Part shown: in pieces, positions 18,944 through 29,692 of the stretch
Numbering within the stretch: position 1 is the stretch's first letter
How the letters are laid out: the number at the start of each line of letters is the position of its first letter
NCBI GenBank assembly: GCA_030018275.1
Contig: JASEGB010000003.1
Location: 9,600-73,599 of the forward strand
Direction of reading: 5' to 3'
Source of the DNA: Actinomycetota bacterium
Lineage (GTDB): Bacteria; Actinomycetota; Aquicultoria; Subteraquimicrobiales; Subteraquimicrobiaceae
Length of the DNA: 64,000 nucleotides
Notes under the pieces: generated by a model
What the model saw: the letters and a program-made list of their open reading frames with translations, nothing else
Database searches by the model: none
What the model was told of the DNA's origin: nothing
Made by a program: the position numbers and the translations under genes

Positions 18944-21167
18944 ACTTCTAAATGTAGCCTTTGTTTGGCATATGCATCAGCCTTATTATGGGAATGACTC
19001 CTACACCTTCCCTTGGGTTCGAATGCATGCTATAAAAGACTACGCCGACATGGTTGCCATCCTCAAAGGTTATCCCCATCTTCACCTAACTTTCAATCTC
19101 ACCCCTTGCCTTCTCAGGCAAATTCAAGACCATGGTCAGGGTGATGTCGAAGACGTGTATTGGCAAATGACCATGAAACGGGCGGATGCACTCACCCCTT
19201 CCGAAAAACTCTTCATCGTCAAGCGGTTCTGCAATCCCATTTGGTATAAAAGAATCTCCCCTTATCCTCGATACCTTGACCTCTGTAAAAGGATTGAGTT
19301 TCTAACAACTTTATCCCCCACAGCTGCTATCGAAATTCTTACCCAGCAGGATATGCTCGATCTGCAGATTTGGTTCAACTTATCCTGGTTTGATCCTTTC
19401 TGGATCGAGACCGATGAAAAATTGCAATCTTTAGTGAATAAGGGGAGGAATTTTAAAGAGGAAGACAAAATGGTCATAGCTCAAAAGCAAAAGGAGATAA
19501 TTAAGAGGATCATTTCCTTGTATAAGGAAGCGCGGGAAAGAGGTCAGATTGAGGTTACAACCTCTCCTTACTATCATCCCATCCTTCCTCTTTTGAACAA
19601 TATCAACATCGCAAGACTTGCCATGCCACAAATAGTGTTTCCCATGAGGCAATTTGCTTTTCCAGAGGATGTAAAGGAACAGATAAAGATGGGTATAGAT
19701 TGCTACCAAAACCACTTTGGCGAGTTACCTCGAGGACTTTGGCCTCCGGAATTGGCTGTGGGAGAGGATATCCTTTCAATGGTGGGGGGATCCGATATAT
19801 CCTGGCTGATCAGCGATGAAGGCATTTTAGCCAAATCGCTTGGGATCGAGATCTCTCGTCATGGTATAGGTCATGTAAACGAACCCAAAGTGCTTTACCG
19901 AGCCTATCGCATAGAGAGAAAAGGGTTCTCTCTCGCAATCGTATTTCGCGATCGGGTTTTGTCTGATTTGATAAGTTTCACTTATTCTTCGTGGTCTCCC
20001 GAGGATGCGGCAACAGATTTAGTGAGGAGGTTAAATCATGTCCAGACTGCCTTGGGAGATAAGAGCAGTGAGCATTTAGTAACCATCGCCTTGGATGGTG
20101 AAAATTGTTGGGAATTTTATGAAAATGATGGTCATCAGTTTTTGCATACTCTTTACGGATTGCTGGAGAAAAGCCAAACCCTACGAACGGTGACCATCAG
20201 TGAATATTTGGCAGAAAATCCTCCGAAAGAGGAACTTTCCTGGCTTTATACCGGTTCTTGGATAGGTGCTAACCTGCGTGATTGGATTGGAGACCCCACG
20301 CAAGCCAAAGCATGGGATATTCTATCGGAAACCCGATCTTTTTTATCTCGGTTCAAGGAGCATCGAAGTAAGAAATGTGAGGAAACATGGAAAATGTCGT
20401 TAAACGAGGTATATATAGCGGAGGGTAGCGATTGGTTCTGGTGGTTCAGTGACCTTCATCGGTCCGAATTCAATGACATTTGGGATAGCCAGTTTCGCCA
20501 GCATCTTCGCCGAGTTTACAAACTATTGGATAAGCCCGTCCCTCACGATCTTTTCCGTCCAATTCGAGAAAAACCGTCACTGTCTCCTGTGGTTTATCCC
20601 CTGGGAAGTATCTGTCCCGAAATCGATGGGAAGGTCACAGATAATGAATGGATTCTCGCAGGATATTACGATTTTTCCACGTTAATGGGCACTCAATCTT
20701 GGACGGAGAAGGTCATCGAGAGGATTTACTACGGCTGGGATTACGAGAATCTATACTTACGAATGGATACACATTTTAGCCCTGACGAATTTGAGATAAG
20801 TAATATCTGGTTTGAGCTCTATTTTTCCCATCCAAGAAAGGAACCCCTGAACTCCTCCTGTCCTTATTGGGGTCTTCATTCCAACACGGGTGAGCTGGGT
20901 TTCGGTCTGGCTTATCGAATGGAATTAAAATTTAGTCCAAATGGAATCGTTGCCTTTCTTTCCTCGGCCAGGGGAGAGAATAAATGGGAAGGAAAAAGAG
21001 AGTTAAAAGACGTAGCTAAGGGCGAATGCATTGAACTAAAGATTCCCTTTTCCGATTTGGAATTAAAATCGGGCGATAGACTCGATTTTGCTTTAATTTT
21101 GATAAAAGAAGGAATTGAGTTAGAAAGGGCACCAAAAGAGGGTACGATCTCGATCGCGGTTCCCTAA
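18918..21167 (+). CDS. GH57 family alpha-glucan enzyme (alpha-amylase or branching-enzyme-like)
   Basis: FVWHMHQPYY N-terminus; 749 aa. Confidence 0.5.
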   Translation: MKRQGVMGKLLNVAFVWHMHQPYYGNDSYTFPWVRMHAIKDYADMVAILKGYPHLHLTFNLTPCLLRQIQDHGQGDVEDVYWQMTMKRADALTPSEKLFIVKRFCNPIWYKRISPYPRYLDLCKRIEFLTTLSPTAAIEILTQQDMLDLQIWFNLSWFDPFWIETDEKLQSLVNKGRNFKEEDKMVIAQKQKEIIKRIISLYKEARERGQIEVTTSPYYHPILPLLNNINIARLAMPQIVFPMRQFAFPEDVKEQIKMGIDCYQNHFGELPRGLWPPELAVGEDILSMVGGSDISWLISDEGILAKSLGIEISRHGIGHVNEPKVLYRAYRIERKGFSLAIVFRDRVLSDLISFTYSSWSPEDAATDLVRRLNHVQTALGDKSSEHLVTIALDGENCWEFYENDGHQFLHTLYGLLEKSQTLRTVTISEYLAENPPKEELSWLYTGSWIGANLRDWIGDPTQAKAWDILSETRSFLSRFKEHRSKKCEETWKMSLNEVYIAEGSDWFWWFSDLHRSEFNDIWDSQFRQHLRRVYKLLDKPVPHDLFRPIREKPSLSPVVYPLGSICPEIDGKVTDNEWILAGYYDFSTLMGTQSWTEKVIERIYYGWDYENLYLRMDTHFSPDEFEISNIWFELYFSHPRKEPLNSSCPYWGLHSNTGELGFGLAYRMELKFSPNGIVAFLSSARGENKWEGKRELKDVAKGECIELKIPFSDLELKSGDRLDFALILIKEGIELERAPKEGTISIAVP

Positions 21168-21197
21168 TCAAAAGTTCAAGGCAATCTGTGTTTCGGT

Positions 21198-22664
21198 ATG
21201 GGGGTGGAGATGATGACCGATAAATTGAAAATTCTCATGATCGCCGCTGAGGCTGTTCCCTTCGTTAAGATTGGGGGGCTCGCGGACGTGGTTGGGTCGT
21301 TACCGAAAGCTTTGAGGAAGCTGGGGCACGACGTGAGAATCTGTATTCCGGGCTATGCCTTTATTGACCGTGCTAAATTTCGGTTTAAGAGGACTGCTGA
21401 GATATTGGTTCCCATGGGTGATGACCATCACGAGCCTGCGTTGATCGAAGAGGCTCTCCACGAAGGCAATATCCCAGTTTATGCTATTGGAAATACTAGA
21501 TATTTCGGCAGGGAGAGGGTATATGGGTACTCCGATGATGATGAAAGATTCCTCTTTTTTAGCAGGGCGGTTTTGGAGATGCTCAAAAAGTCCGAGTGGT
21601 GCTCCGATGTCTTACATTGCAATGATTGGCATACGGGGGTCATACCCAATTACCTAAAGACCATTTATGAGAATGATCCCTTTTTTAAGCATGCTGCAAC
21701 GGTTTTCACCATCCACAATTTGGCCTATCAAGGTGCATGTGGACCTGGCACTTGGAGGAAAGGGGAATTGGAGGGATACGATTCTAAATATACCGAAATT
21801 GCGGAATTTTCCAGTTTCATGAGCAGAGGGATCTTCTTTTCAGATGTGGTAAACACCGTTAGTGAGAAATACGCGCTGGAAATCCAAACTCCTGAATATG
21901 GAGAGGGACTTGACTTATTATTCCGTAAGAGGCGGGAAAGGCTCTTTGGAATATTGAATGGTCTCGATTATGAGGACTATGATCCAGCTACTGACAAGCG
22001 AATTCCCGTTAACTATGATGCTACAGCCATCGAGAAGAAGAAAGCAAACAAGTTGGCATTGCAAAAGGAGTGTAATTTACCGGTTAATTCCAGAATGCCA
22101 CTCATGGGCATAGTCTCTCGCTTAGTGAGTCAGAAGGGACTAGACCTGGTCGCTAACGCCATTCATGGCATCCTGCTACACGATCTTCAGCTTGTATTTT
22201 TGGGGACCGGGGACGAATATTTTGAGCGTCTCTTTAGAGGAATTGCCCAAAAATTTCCCACAAAGATTTGTGTTAATATTTCTTTTGATCCCGATCTGGC
22301 ACGAAGGATTTACGCTGGCAGTGATATGCTTTTGATGCCTTCTCAATTCGAACCCTGTGGCTTGAGCCAACTTATCGCCATGCGCTATGGCACGGTTCCG
22401 GTGGTGAGAGCCACAGGAGGCTTGGCTGATACGGTTAAGGATTTCAACCCGTCTACCGGTAAAGGGAATGGTTTTGTCTTTGAACTCTACAACCATTGGG
22501 TACTATTTTCGACCATCGTTAGAGCCGTTGAGACTTTCAAACACAAAGCTATTTGGTCTGAGTTGATTAAACGGGGTATGAGTGCCGATCACTCCTGGAT
22601 GAGCTCAGCGAGAAACTATGTACAATTGTATAAAAAAGCTTTAGAGTTCAGAAGGAAGAGTTGA
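21198..22664 (+). CDS. glgA: glycogen (starch) synthase
   Basis: KIGGLADVVGSLPKAL nucleotide-sugar-binding motif and GT5 architecture. Confidence 0.75.
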   Translation: MGVEMMTDKLKILMIAAEAVPFVKIGGLADVVGSLPKALRKLGHDVRICIPGYAFIDRAKFRFKRTAEILVPMGDDHHEPALIEEALHEGNIPVYAIGNTRYFGRERVYGYSDDDERFLFFSRAVLEMLKKSEWCSDVLHCNDWHTGVIPNYLKTIYENDPFFKHAATVFTIHNLAYQGACGPGTWRKGELEGYDSKYTEIAEFSSFMSRGIFFSDVVNTVSEKYALEIQTPEYGEGLDLLFRKRRERLFGILNGLDYEDYDPATDKRIPVNYDATAIEKKKANKLALQKECNLPVNSRMPLMGIVSRLVSQKGLDLVANAIHGILLHDLQLVFLGTGDEYFERLFRGIAQKFPTKICVNISFDPDLARRIYAGSDMLLMPSQFEPCGLSQLIAMRYGTVPVVRATGGLADTVKDFNPSTGKGNGFVFELYNHWVLFSTIVRAVETFKHKAIWSELIKRGMSADHSWMSSARNYVQLYKKALEFRRKS

Positions 22665-22699
22665 CACTTTGTTGCTGGTTTGGATATAATTACCTGTAA

Positions 22700-22976
22700 C
22701 TTTAGCTTTCTAAAGGCTGTGAAGGGGAGTAGTAGATTTAGCATTTGTCACAGCGAACCGGGATTGGTGAAAGCCGGGACAGTTTGCCGAATTGAATGTC
22801 GCCCTGGAGCTATCAAGCCCAAAAGAGTGGAAGGGATGTAACTTTTAGTAGGTTTGATCGGTTAGCAGCCGTTACAATGCTATGAGTGCCTCCGTTTAGG
22901 AGGAATTTGGGTGGTACCGCGGAAGAAGAACTCTACGAGTTGTAGACCTCTCGTCCCTTGGATGAGGGGTTTTATT
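22700..22976 (+). promoter_or_regulatory. T-box leader (tRNA-sensing riboswitch) upstream of ilvD
   Basis: Canonical T-box sequence aatttGGGTGGTACCGCGG at 22904-22922, followed by an intrinsic terminator. Confidence 0.6.
22947..22976 (+). terminator. intrinsic terminator of the T-box leader
   Basis: CCTCTCGTCC-CTT-GGATGAGGGG 10-bp stem followed by TTTTATT. Confidence 0.5.
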
Positions 22977-23071
22977 GTATGGTCACCAGACGCAAGATGC
23001 AGGTTGCATATTATAGATATTTTGACGACTTCTGGAAATATCAAGGAAGTCAATGCAAGGGAGGAAGGATC

Positions 23072-24742
23072 ATGAATTTGAGAAGCGATGTCATGAAAAA
23101 GGGGCTAAGCAAAGCTCCCCATCGATCGTTACTTAAAGCAGCTGGATTGAGCGATGAGGAGATAAATCGGCCCTTAATCGGTATCGTCAACTCAGCTAAT
23201 GAAATCATCCCGGGCCATATTCATCTTGATAAGATCGCTCAGGCTGTGAAAGCGGGGGTGCGCATCGCCGGCGGGACTCCCCTTGAATTTTGTACCATTG
23301 GTATCTGCGATGGTATCGCCATGAATCATCCGGGTATGAAATATTCTTTGCCCAGCCGTGAGGTGATTGCCGATTCCATAGAGCTCATAGTGGAAGCGCA
23401 TCGCTTTGATGCCCTGGTCATGATCCCCAACTGCGACAAAATAGTTCCGGGGATGCTCATGGCGGCGATGAGGATAAACATCCCAACCATCTTCATTAGC
23501 GGTGGTCCCATGCTCACGGGGCGATACAAGCGTCGGGATATCGATTTGATCTCCGTTTTTGAAGCCGTTGGCGCCGTTGAAGCTGGTAAAATGAGTCAGG
23601 AAGAGCTGGCTAGAATTGAGGATTATGCCTGTCCCAGTTGTGGTTCCTGCTCAGGGATGTTTACCGCGAATACCATGAATTGTTTGACCGAGGCTTTGGG
23701 TATGGCTTTACCGGGCAATGGCACTATTCCCGCCGTTTACTCCGAAAGGATTAGATTGGCGAAAAGGGCTGGGATGCAGATAATGGAGCTTTTACAGAGG
23801 GATATAAAACCCCGCGACATCATGACGCTTGCGGCTTTTGAGAACGCATTGGCTGTGGATATGGCCCTTGGTGGTTCAACGAATACGGTGCTTCACCTTC
23901 CGGCCATCGCATGTGAGGGAGGAATAAATCTCGATTTGGATATCGTTGATAAGATCAGCAACAGTGCTCCCAATCTTTGTCAGATAAGTCCGGCGAGCAC
24001 TACCCACATTTATGAATTAAATGAAGCCGGTGGGATACCAGCGCTTATGGCCGAACTAGCCAGGGCGAATTTGATACATACCGGTACGATTACGGTGACG
24101 GGTAAAACCATTGGAGAAAATATCAAGGATGTTGAAAATCTTAACCCCGAAGTCATAAGACCCATAACCAATCCCTACTCAACGACGGGGGGTCTGGCAA
24201 TCTTAAGCGGAAATTTGGCTCCCGAAGGAGCGGTGGTCAAACAATCGGCAGTTTTGCCGGAGATGCTTCGGCATTCCGGTCCCGCCAGGGTCTTTGATTC
24301 TGAGGAACAAGCCGTTGAGGCAATCATGGGAGGCAAAATAAATAAGGGAGACGTTATCGTCATTCGTTACGAAGGACCGAAGGGTGGTCCGGGAATGAGG
24401 GAGATGCTCACTCCCACCTCGGCGGTCGTGGGCATGGGGCTGGATAGGGATGTAGCCCTAATTACTGATGGGCGCTTTTCGGGGGGCACGAGAGGTGCAG
24501 CAATTGGACACGTTTCTCCCGAAGCCCAAGAGGGCGGACCCATCGCCATCATACGAGAGGGGGATTTAATCGAAATAGATATCCACGGAAGAAAATTGAA
24601 TTTAAAATTGGATCAAAGCGAAATGGATAGGAGGATGAAAGAGTGGTCACCTCCTCCTCTTAAAGTCAAGGAAGGATATTTGGCTTTATACGCAAAATTG
24701 GTATCATCTGCTTCTGAAGGAGCAATAATTAAGAGGAGTTGA
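23072..24742 (+). CDS. ilvD: dihydroxy-acid dehydratase
   Basis: [18 protein letters not shown] cluster motif; RBS gggaggaagg before the ATG at 23072. Confidence 0.85.
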   Translation: MNLRSDVMKKGLSKAPHRSLLKAAGLSDEEINRPLIGIVNSANEIIPGHIHLDKIAQAVKAGVRIAGGTPLEFCTIGICDGIAMNHPGMKYSLPSREVIADSIELIVEAHRFDALVMIPNCDKIVPGMLMAAMRINIPTIFISGGPMLTGRYKRRDIDLISVFEAVGAVEAGKMSQEELARIEDYACPSCGSCSGMFTANTMNCLTEALGMALPGNGTIPAVYSERIRLAKRAGMQIMELLQRDIKPRDIMTLAAFENALAVDMALGGSTNTVLHLPAIACEGGINLDLDIVDKISNSAPNLCQISPASTTHIYELNEAGGIPALMAELARANLIHTGTITVTGKTIGENIKDVENLNPEVIRPITNPYSTTGGLAILSGNLAPEGAVVKQSAVLPEMLRHSGPARVFDSEEQAVEAIMGGKINKGDVIVIRYEGPKGGPGMREMLTPTSAVVGMGLDRDVALITDGRFSGGTRGAAIGHVSPEAQEGGPIAIIREGDLIEIDIHGRKLNLKLDQSEMDRRMKEWSPPPLKVKEGYLALYAKLVSSASEGAIIKRS

Positions 24743-24780
24743 TAGTCTCTTAGTCGGGAGTTAGGAGTCAATCCCCCATC

Positions 24781-24958
24781 CCAAAAAATATGAGCTTAAT
24801 CTAGAATATAATTACCGTGAATGGTGAACGGTGAACCAGGTAAGAGTGTAACCAATGTCTGCGATTAATACAGTTGGGAGTTAAGGTATTAGATTTTTCA
24901 CTACCGACTAATCACTACCGACTATCAACTAAGCCGAAGGCTTGAAAGGGGTGGTAAG
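24781..24958. repeat. composite intergenic repeat (modules C + A + B plus a 2x cactaccgacta tandem)
   Basis: aaaaaatatgagcttaatctagaatataat + ccgtgaatggtgaacggtgaacc + gtaaccaatgtctgcgattaataca + cactaccgactaatcactaccgacta. Confidence 0.6.
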
Positions 24959-26659
24959 GTGAAGCTAACGGGAGCCCAAGCAATAGTGAAGAGTTTGGAA
25001 AAGGAGGGGGTAGAGGTCATCTTCGGAATTCCGGGGGGAGCCACGCTTCCCATCTACGATGCCCTTCGGGAATCGAAGATAAAACACATTTTGATGAGGC
25101 ATGAACAAGTCGCAGCGCATGCTTCTGATGGATATGCGAGGGCGACGGGGAAGGTCGGAGTATGCATGGCTACCTCCGGACCGGGAGCGACCAATCTAGT
25201 TACCGGCATAGCTAATGCATATATGGATTCGATACCAATCGTGGCCATCACCGGTCAGGTTCCCACACCCGTAATCGGCACCGATGCTTTCCAGGAAGCT
25301 GACATCACTGGAATCACCCTTCCCATAGTCAAGCACAGCTATTTAGTGAAGGATGCCAATGAACTACCGAGGGTGATAAAGGAGGCATTTTATATAGCTT
25401 CCACCGGGCGACCGGGACCGGTGCTTATCGATGTTCCCAGGGATGTATCTCAAGTTGTCATAAATTATAAATATCCCGAGAGCGTTGATTTATCCGGCTA
25501 TAAACCCACTTATAGAGGACACGCCAAGCAAATAAGATTAGCGGCGAAAGCCATTATTGAGGCCCAGCGCCCAATCATCTATGCTGGAGGGGGAGTCATC
25601 ACTTCCGGAGCCTCCGAGGAATTGAAGAAACTCGCTGAGCTGACCCAAATTCATGTGACCACCACGTTGATGGGGAAGGGTGCTTTCCCTGAAACACATC
25701 CCCTTTCTCTGGGAATGTTGGGGATGCACGGCACCCGTTATGCCAATTATGCCATGTGCGAAACCGATCTCATCATCGCTGTGGGCGCCCGTTTCGACGA
25801 CAGGGTGACGGGCAAACTCTCCACTTTCGCTCCCAAAGCAAAGATAATCCACATCGATATAGATCCGGCTGAGATAGGAAAGAATGTGACCACTCATATT
25901 CCCATCGTGGGCGATGCCCGATTCATCCTTCATGATCTCATCGCCATCCTCGAGAAACTCTTAGCGGGGGAAAAGATGCAGAATAGGGTGGCATGGAACG
26001 AGCAAGTAGAAGAATGGAGGAAGAAATATCCCCTTACTTACAGCAAAGAAGGTGGTTTGAAACCGGAATTCATCGTAGAGCAAATTTATGATCTAACGAA
26101 GGATAAAGAGACCATAATAACCACTGGAGTGGGGCAGAACCAAATGTGGGCTGCTCAATATTATAAGGTCACTAAACCCCGGACGTTTCTTTCATCGGGA
26201 GGTTTGGGAACCATGGGATTTGGTATGCCCGCGGCAATTGGTGCCCAATTCGGTCGCCCCGATGCCATAGTTATAGATATCGATGGGGATGGTAGTCTGC
26301 AAATGGTCTCGCAGGATATTGCAACGGCGGTTATAAATAAGTTGCCCATCAACATCGTCATCATGAACAACGGCTATCTGGGGATGGTCAGACAGTGGCA
26401 GCAGCTTTTTTATGAACATCGGTATTACGCTGTCGATTTGATGCCCGGAATTCCGGATTTTGTAAAGCTTGCTGAGGCTTATGGAGCCAAGGGTATGAGG
26501 ATAACCAAACCGGAGAAGGTAAGACCAGCCTTAGAGGAGGCAATCGCCTCCCCCATGACTGTGATAATAGATTGCTGGATAGAGAGGGAGGAGAATGTAT
26601 TTCCCATGGTTGCCCCAGGAGCACCCCTTAGCCAGATGATCGGAGGTGAGGGAGAGTGA
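24959..26659 (+). CDS. ilvB: acetolactate synthase large subunit
   Basis: TPP-enzyme motifs ([21 protein letters not shown]). Confidence 0.85.
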   Translation: MKLTGAQAIVKSLEKEGVEVIFGIPGGATLPIYDALRESKIKHILMRHEQVAAHASDGYARATGKVGVCMATSGPGATNLVTGIANAYMDSIPIVAITGQVPTPVIGTDAFQEADITGITLPIVKHSYLVKDANELPRVIKEAFYIASTGRPGPVLIDVPRDVSQVVINYKYPESVDLSGYKPTYRGHAKQIRLAAKAIIEAQRPIIYAGGGVITSGASEELKKLAELTQIHVTTTLMGKGAFPETHPLSLGMLGMHGTRYANYAMCETDLIIAVGARFDDRVTGKLSTFAPKAKIIHIDIDPAEIGKNVTTHIPIVGDARFILHDLIAILEKLLAGEKMQNRVAWNEQVEEWRKKYPLTYSKEGGLKPEFIVEQIYDLTKDKETIITTGVGQNQMWAAQYYKVTKPRTFLSSGGLGTMGFGMPAAIGAQFGRPDAIVIDIDGDGSLQMVSQDIATAVINKLPINIVIMNNGYLGMVRQWQQLFYEHRYYAVDLMPGIPDFVKLAEAYGAKGMRITKPEKVRPALEEAIASPMTVIIDCWIEREENVFPMVAPGAPLSQMIGGEGE

Positions 26660-27144
26660 GACATACCCTATCCGTATTGGTTGAAAATAAACCAGGGGTT
26701 TTAGCCAGGGTGTCGAGTCTCTTTAGACGCAGAGGCTTTAATATCCACAGCCTGGCTGTGGGACCCACTGAAAATCTTGAGGTCTCCAGGATGACCATAG
26801 TAGTCGATGTCGAGGAGCGCCCCTTGGAGCAAGTGACTAAGCAGCTTCATAAGCTGGTGAATGTGATCAAGATAAGCGATCTCGATCCAAAAGAGTCCGT
26901 GGAGAGGGAGTTGGTTTTGATTAAAGTCAACGCCACCGCGGAGGTTAGACCGGAGATCATCGAGATAGTGGATATATTCAGAGCCAAGATAGTGGATGTC
27001 AGTCAGACGACTCTTACCATAGAGGTCACGGGAACGGGGGATAAGATCGAGGCGATTGAGGATTTACTTCGACCCTATGGCATAAGAGAGTTGGTTCGCA
27101 CGGGTAAGGTTGCCTTGCCCAGGGGAGCTAAGGTGGGAGGATAA
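26656..27144 (+). CDS. ilvN: acetolactate synthase small (regulatory) subunit
   Basis: N-terminal ACT domain ([27 protein letters not shown]); overlaps the ilvB stop. Confidence 0.75.
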   Translation: MRHTLSVLVENKPGVLARVSSLFRRRGFNIHSLAVGPTENLEVSRMTIVVDVEERPLEQVTKQLHKLVNVIKISDLDPKESVERELVLIKVNATAEVRPEIIEIVDIFRAKIVDVSQTTLTIEVTGTGDKIEAIEDLLRPYGIRELVRTGKVALPRGAKVGG

Positions 27145-27165
27145 GTAACAAGGAAAGGAGGTCAA

Positions 27166-28158
27166 ATGGCTAAGATCTACTATGACAAAGATGCCGATTT
27201 AGATGTACTTAAGGGCAAGAAGATTGCAATTATCGGCTTTGGTAGTCAAGGACACGCCCATGCCCTCAACTTAAATAATAGCGGTCTGGATGTCATCGTT
27301 GGTTTACGCAAAGGGGGCAAATCGTGGCGGAAAGCTCAAGAGAGTGGCCTAAATGTGATGACAATAGCCGATGCTGTAAAATCATCGGATCTTGTAGCCA
27401 TGCTCACCCCGGATCAAACCCATAGGGATATTTATTATAGCCAAATCCAACCCAACTTGAATAATGGCAATGCGATCCTTTTTGCTCACGGATTTAATAT
27501 TCACTTCCATCAAATTATCCCCGAACCGAATACGGATGTGATAATGGTTGCTCCAAAGGGACCTGGTCATCTTGTGCGGAGGACTTATCAGGAAGGCACC
27601 GGAGTCCCAGCTTTATTAGCTGTTTATCAAGATTATACTGGTAACGCCAAGGAGATAGGATTAGCTTATGCAAAGGGTTTGGGAGCCACTCGAGCCGGAG
27701 TCATCGAGACAACCTTCAAGGAGGAAACCGAGACCGACCTATTTGGCGAGCAATGTGTCCTCTGTGGAGGAACAGCGGAACTGATAAAGGCCGGTTTCGA
27801 CACCCTAGTTGAAGCGGGTTATCAGCCGGAGATAGCCTATTTCGAATGTTTGCACGAGCTCAAACTTATAGTAGACTTAATATACGAAAGTGGCATCAGC
27901 GGAATGAGATACTCCGTCAGCGATACCGCGGAATACGGTGATCTTACCCGAGGTAAGAGGATCATAAGCGAGCAAACACGGGATGAGATGCGAAGAATTC
28001 TTAGGGAGATTCAATCCGGGGAATTTGCCAAGGAATGGATTTTGGAAAATCAAGCGGGACGCCCCGTTTTTAACGCACTACGAAAGCGCGAGGCTGAGCA
28101 CTTGATAGAAAGGATAGGAAAAGAGCTTCGGTCCATGATGAGTTGGATCAAAAAATAG
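27166..28158 (+). CDS. ilvC: ketol-acid reductoisomerase
   Basis: [17 protein letters not shown] Rossmann motif; 330 aa. Confidence 0.85.
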   Translation: MAKIYYDKDADLDVLKGKKIAIIGFGSQGHAHALNLNNSGLDVIVGLRKGGKSWRKAQESGLNVMTIADAVKSSDLVAMLTPDQTHRDIYYSQIQPNLNNGNAILFAHGFNIHFHQIIPEPNTDVIMVAPKGPGHLVRRTYQEGTGVPALLAVYQDYTGNAKEIGLAYAKGLGATRAGVIETTFKEETETDLFGEQCVLCGGTAELIKAGFDTLVEAGYQPEIAYFECLHELKLIVDLIYESGISGMRYSVSDTAEYGDLTRGKRIISEQTRDEMRRILREIQSGEFAKEWILENQAGRPVFNALRKREAEHLIERIGKELRSMMSWIKK

Positions 28159-28309
28159 TTGCCAGATTTCTGGACCCAGATCCCAGTCGAAATATCTCAA
28201 AGATTTTCACCGGCATCTGGTGACTGGAATCTGGGAATTTTGTAAATTGGTTTGTGATTAAAGGCTCAAAATAATAGTATGCACATGAGTCATTTTCAAA
28301 TGCAAAGTG

Positions 28310-28435
28310 CTCAAGGGCCGCCCTTGAGCTTCGGGTGCATCGGGTTGCTCGAATTGCGCTCGCGACGCCGTTGCTCACATTTGCTCTGTAAGCGGCTCTT
28401 GGCAGCAAGTTTATAGCTTATGACCTAACTATAAT
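28310..28435. repeat. REP-like module E copy
   Basis: Hairpin ctcaagggccgcccttgag plus gcgacgccgttgctcacatttgct...caagtttatagcttatgacctaactataatt, about 80% identical to 4797-4870. Confidence 0.55.
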
Positions 28436-28448
28436 TGGGAGGTAGAGT

Positions 28449-29603
28449 ATGAAAAAGGAATATTTAATGACACCGGGACCCACTCCTGTGCCAACCGATG
28501 TGCTTCTCGCTCAAGCGAGATGCATGATACACCATCGCACGCCTCTTTTTACGGAAACTCTGCTTTCTTTGATAGGGGACCTTAAATATATCTTTCAAAC
28601 GAAAAACGACGTACTCATCTTCGCCTCTTCAGGTACGGGAGCCATGGAATCAGCAGTTGTCAATCTATTTTCTCCGGGCGATAAGGTTATCGCCGCAAGC
28701 AACGGTAAGTTTGGGGATAGATTTATAAAACTTGCCGAGGTCTATGGTCTCAACGTTGCAAAACTCGAGTACGAATGGAACAAGGTGGTAAATCCAGATG
28801 ATATTGCAAACCTGCTTGAAAAGGACAAGAATATAAAAGGTATACTGGTGGTCCAAAGTGAGACCTCCACGGGAATCCTCAATGATATTAAGACTATAGG
28901 AGAGATCGTTGAAGACCATCCGGCCGTTTTGGTGGTGGATTCCATAACTGGAATAGGCGCCGTGGAGTGCAAAACCGATGAGTGGCACCTGGATGTGGTC
29001 ATGACCGGGTCTCAAAAGGGTTTGATGCTCCCACCTGGTTTAGCCTGCGTGAGCGTAAGCGATAAGGCTTGGGAGGCGGTTGAAAGGTCTACTTTGCCGA
29101 AGTTTTATTTTAGTTATAAGAAGTATCGCGATGCATTGGGTAGATCCTCCCCTCAAACTCCCTTTACCCCCCCAATTTCACTGATGATGGCATTGAGGGA
29201 GGCTTTAAGGCTGATCAGGGAAGAAGGGTTGGAAAACGTTATTAGGCGCCACGCCATTTTGGCTGAGGCTGTCCGCCAGGGAGTCCAAGCTTTGGGTTTG
29301 GAGCTTTTTGCTCCCCCTGGAGGGAGAGGAAATGCGGTGACACCCGTTAAGGTCCCCCAGGGGATAGATGGAACGAAAATTGTAAAAATCATGCGTGATA
29401 AATATGGAATTACCATAGCCGGTGGTCAAGAGCACCTGAAGGGAAAGATTTTCAGAATTGGTCATCTGGGCTATTTTGATAGGTTTGACATCATCACCAC
29501 CCTATCGGGTTTGGAGAGCACTCTCTCCGAGTTGGGTTACCCCCTCGAATTTGGAACCGCGATTAAGGCGGCGGAGGAAGTATTCAGGGAAAATCCACTC
29601 TAA
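28449..29603 (+). CDS. class V aminotransferase (phosphoserine / serine-pyruvate aminotransferase type)
   Basis: AGXT-family fold with a PLP-lysine region (TGSQKGLM); located directly upstream of serA. Confidence 0.55.
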   Translation: MKKEYLMTPGPTPVPTDVLLAQARCMIHHRTPLFTETLLSLIGDLKYIFQTKNDVLIFASSGTGAMESAVVNLFSPGDKVIAASNGKFGDRFIKLAEVYGLNVAKLEYEWNKVVNPDDIANLLEKDKNIKGILVVQSETSTGILNDIKTIGEIVEDHPAVLVVDSITGIGAVECKTDEWHLDVVMTGSQKGLMLPPGLACVSVSDKAWEAVERSTLPKFYFSYKKYRDALGRSSPQTPFTPPISLMMALREALRLIREEGLENVIRRHAILAEAVRQGVQALGLELFAPPGGRGNAVTPVKVPQGIDGTKIVKIMRDKYGITIAGGQEHLKGKIFRIGHLGYFDRFDIITTLSGLESTLSELGYPLEFGTAIKAAEEVFRENPL

Positions 29604-29680
29604 TGATAAATGGGTGAATGGGTGAATGGGAAACAATAACCCAATAACCCAGTAACTTAGTAACCCAATAACCGAGGTTG
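29604..29680. repeat. tandem short-repeat array (GGGTGAAT x2 and CCCAATAA-type x4)
   Basis: aaatgggtgaatgggtgaatggg followed by aacccaataacccagtaacttagtaacccaataacc. Confidence 0.6.
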
Positions 29681-29692
29681 GAGGGAAGATAA

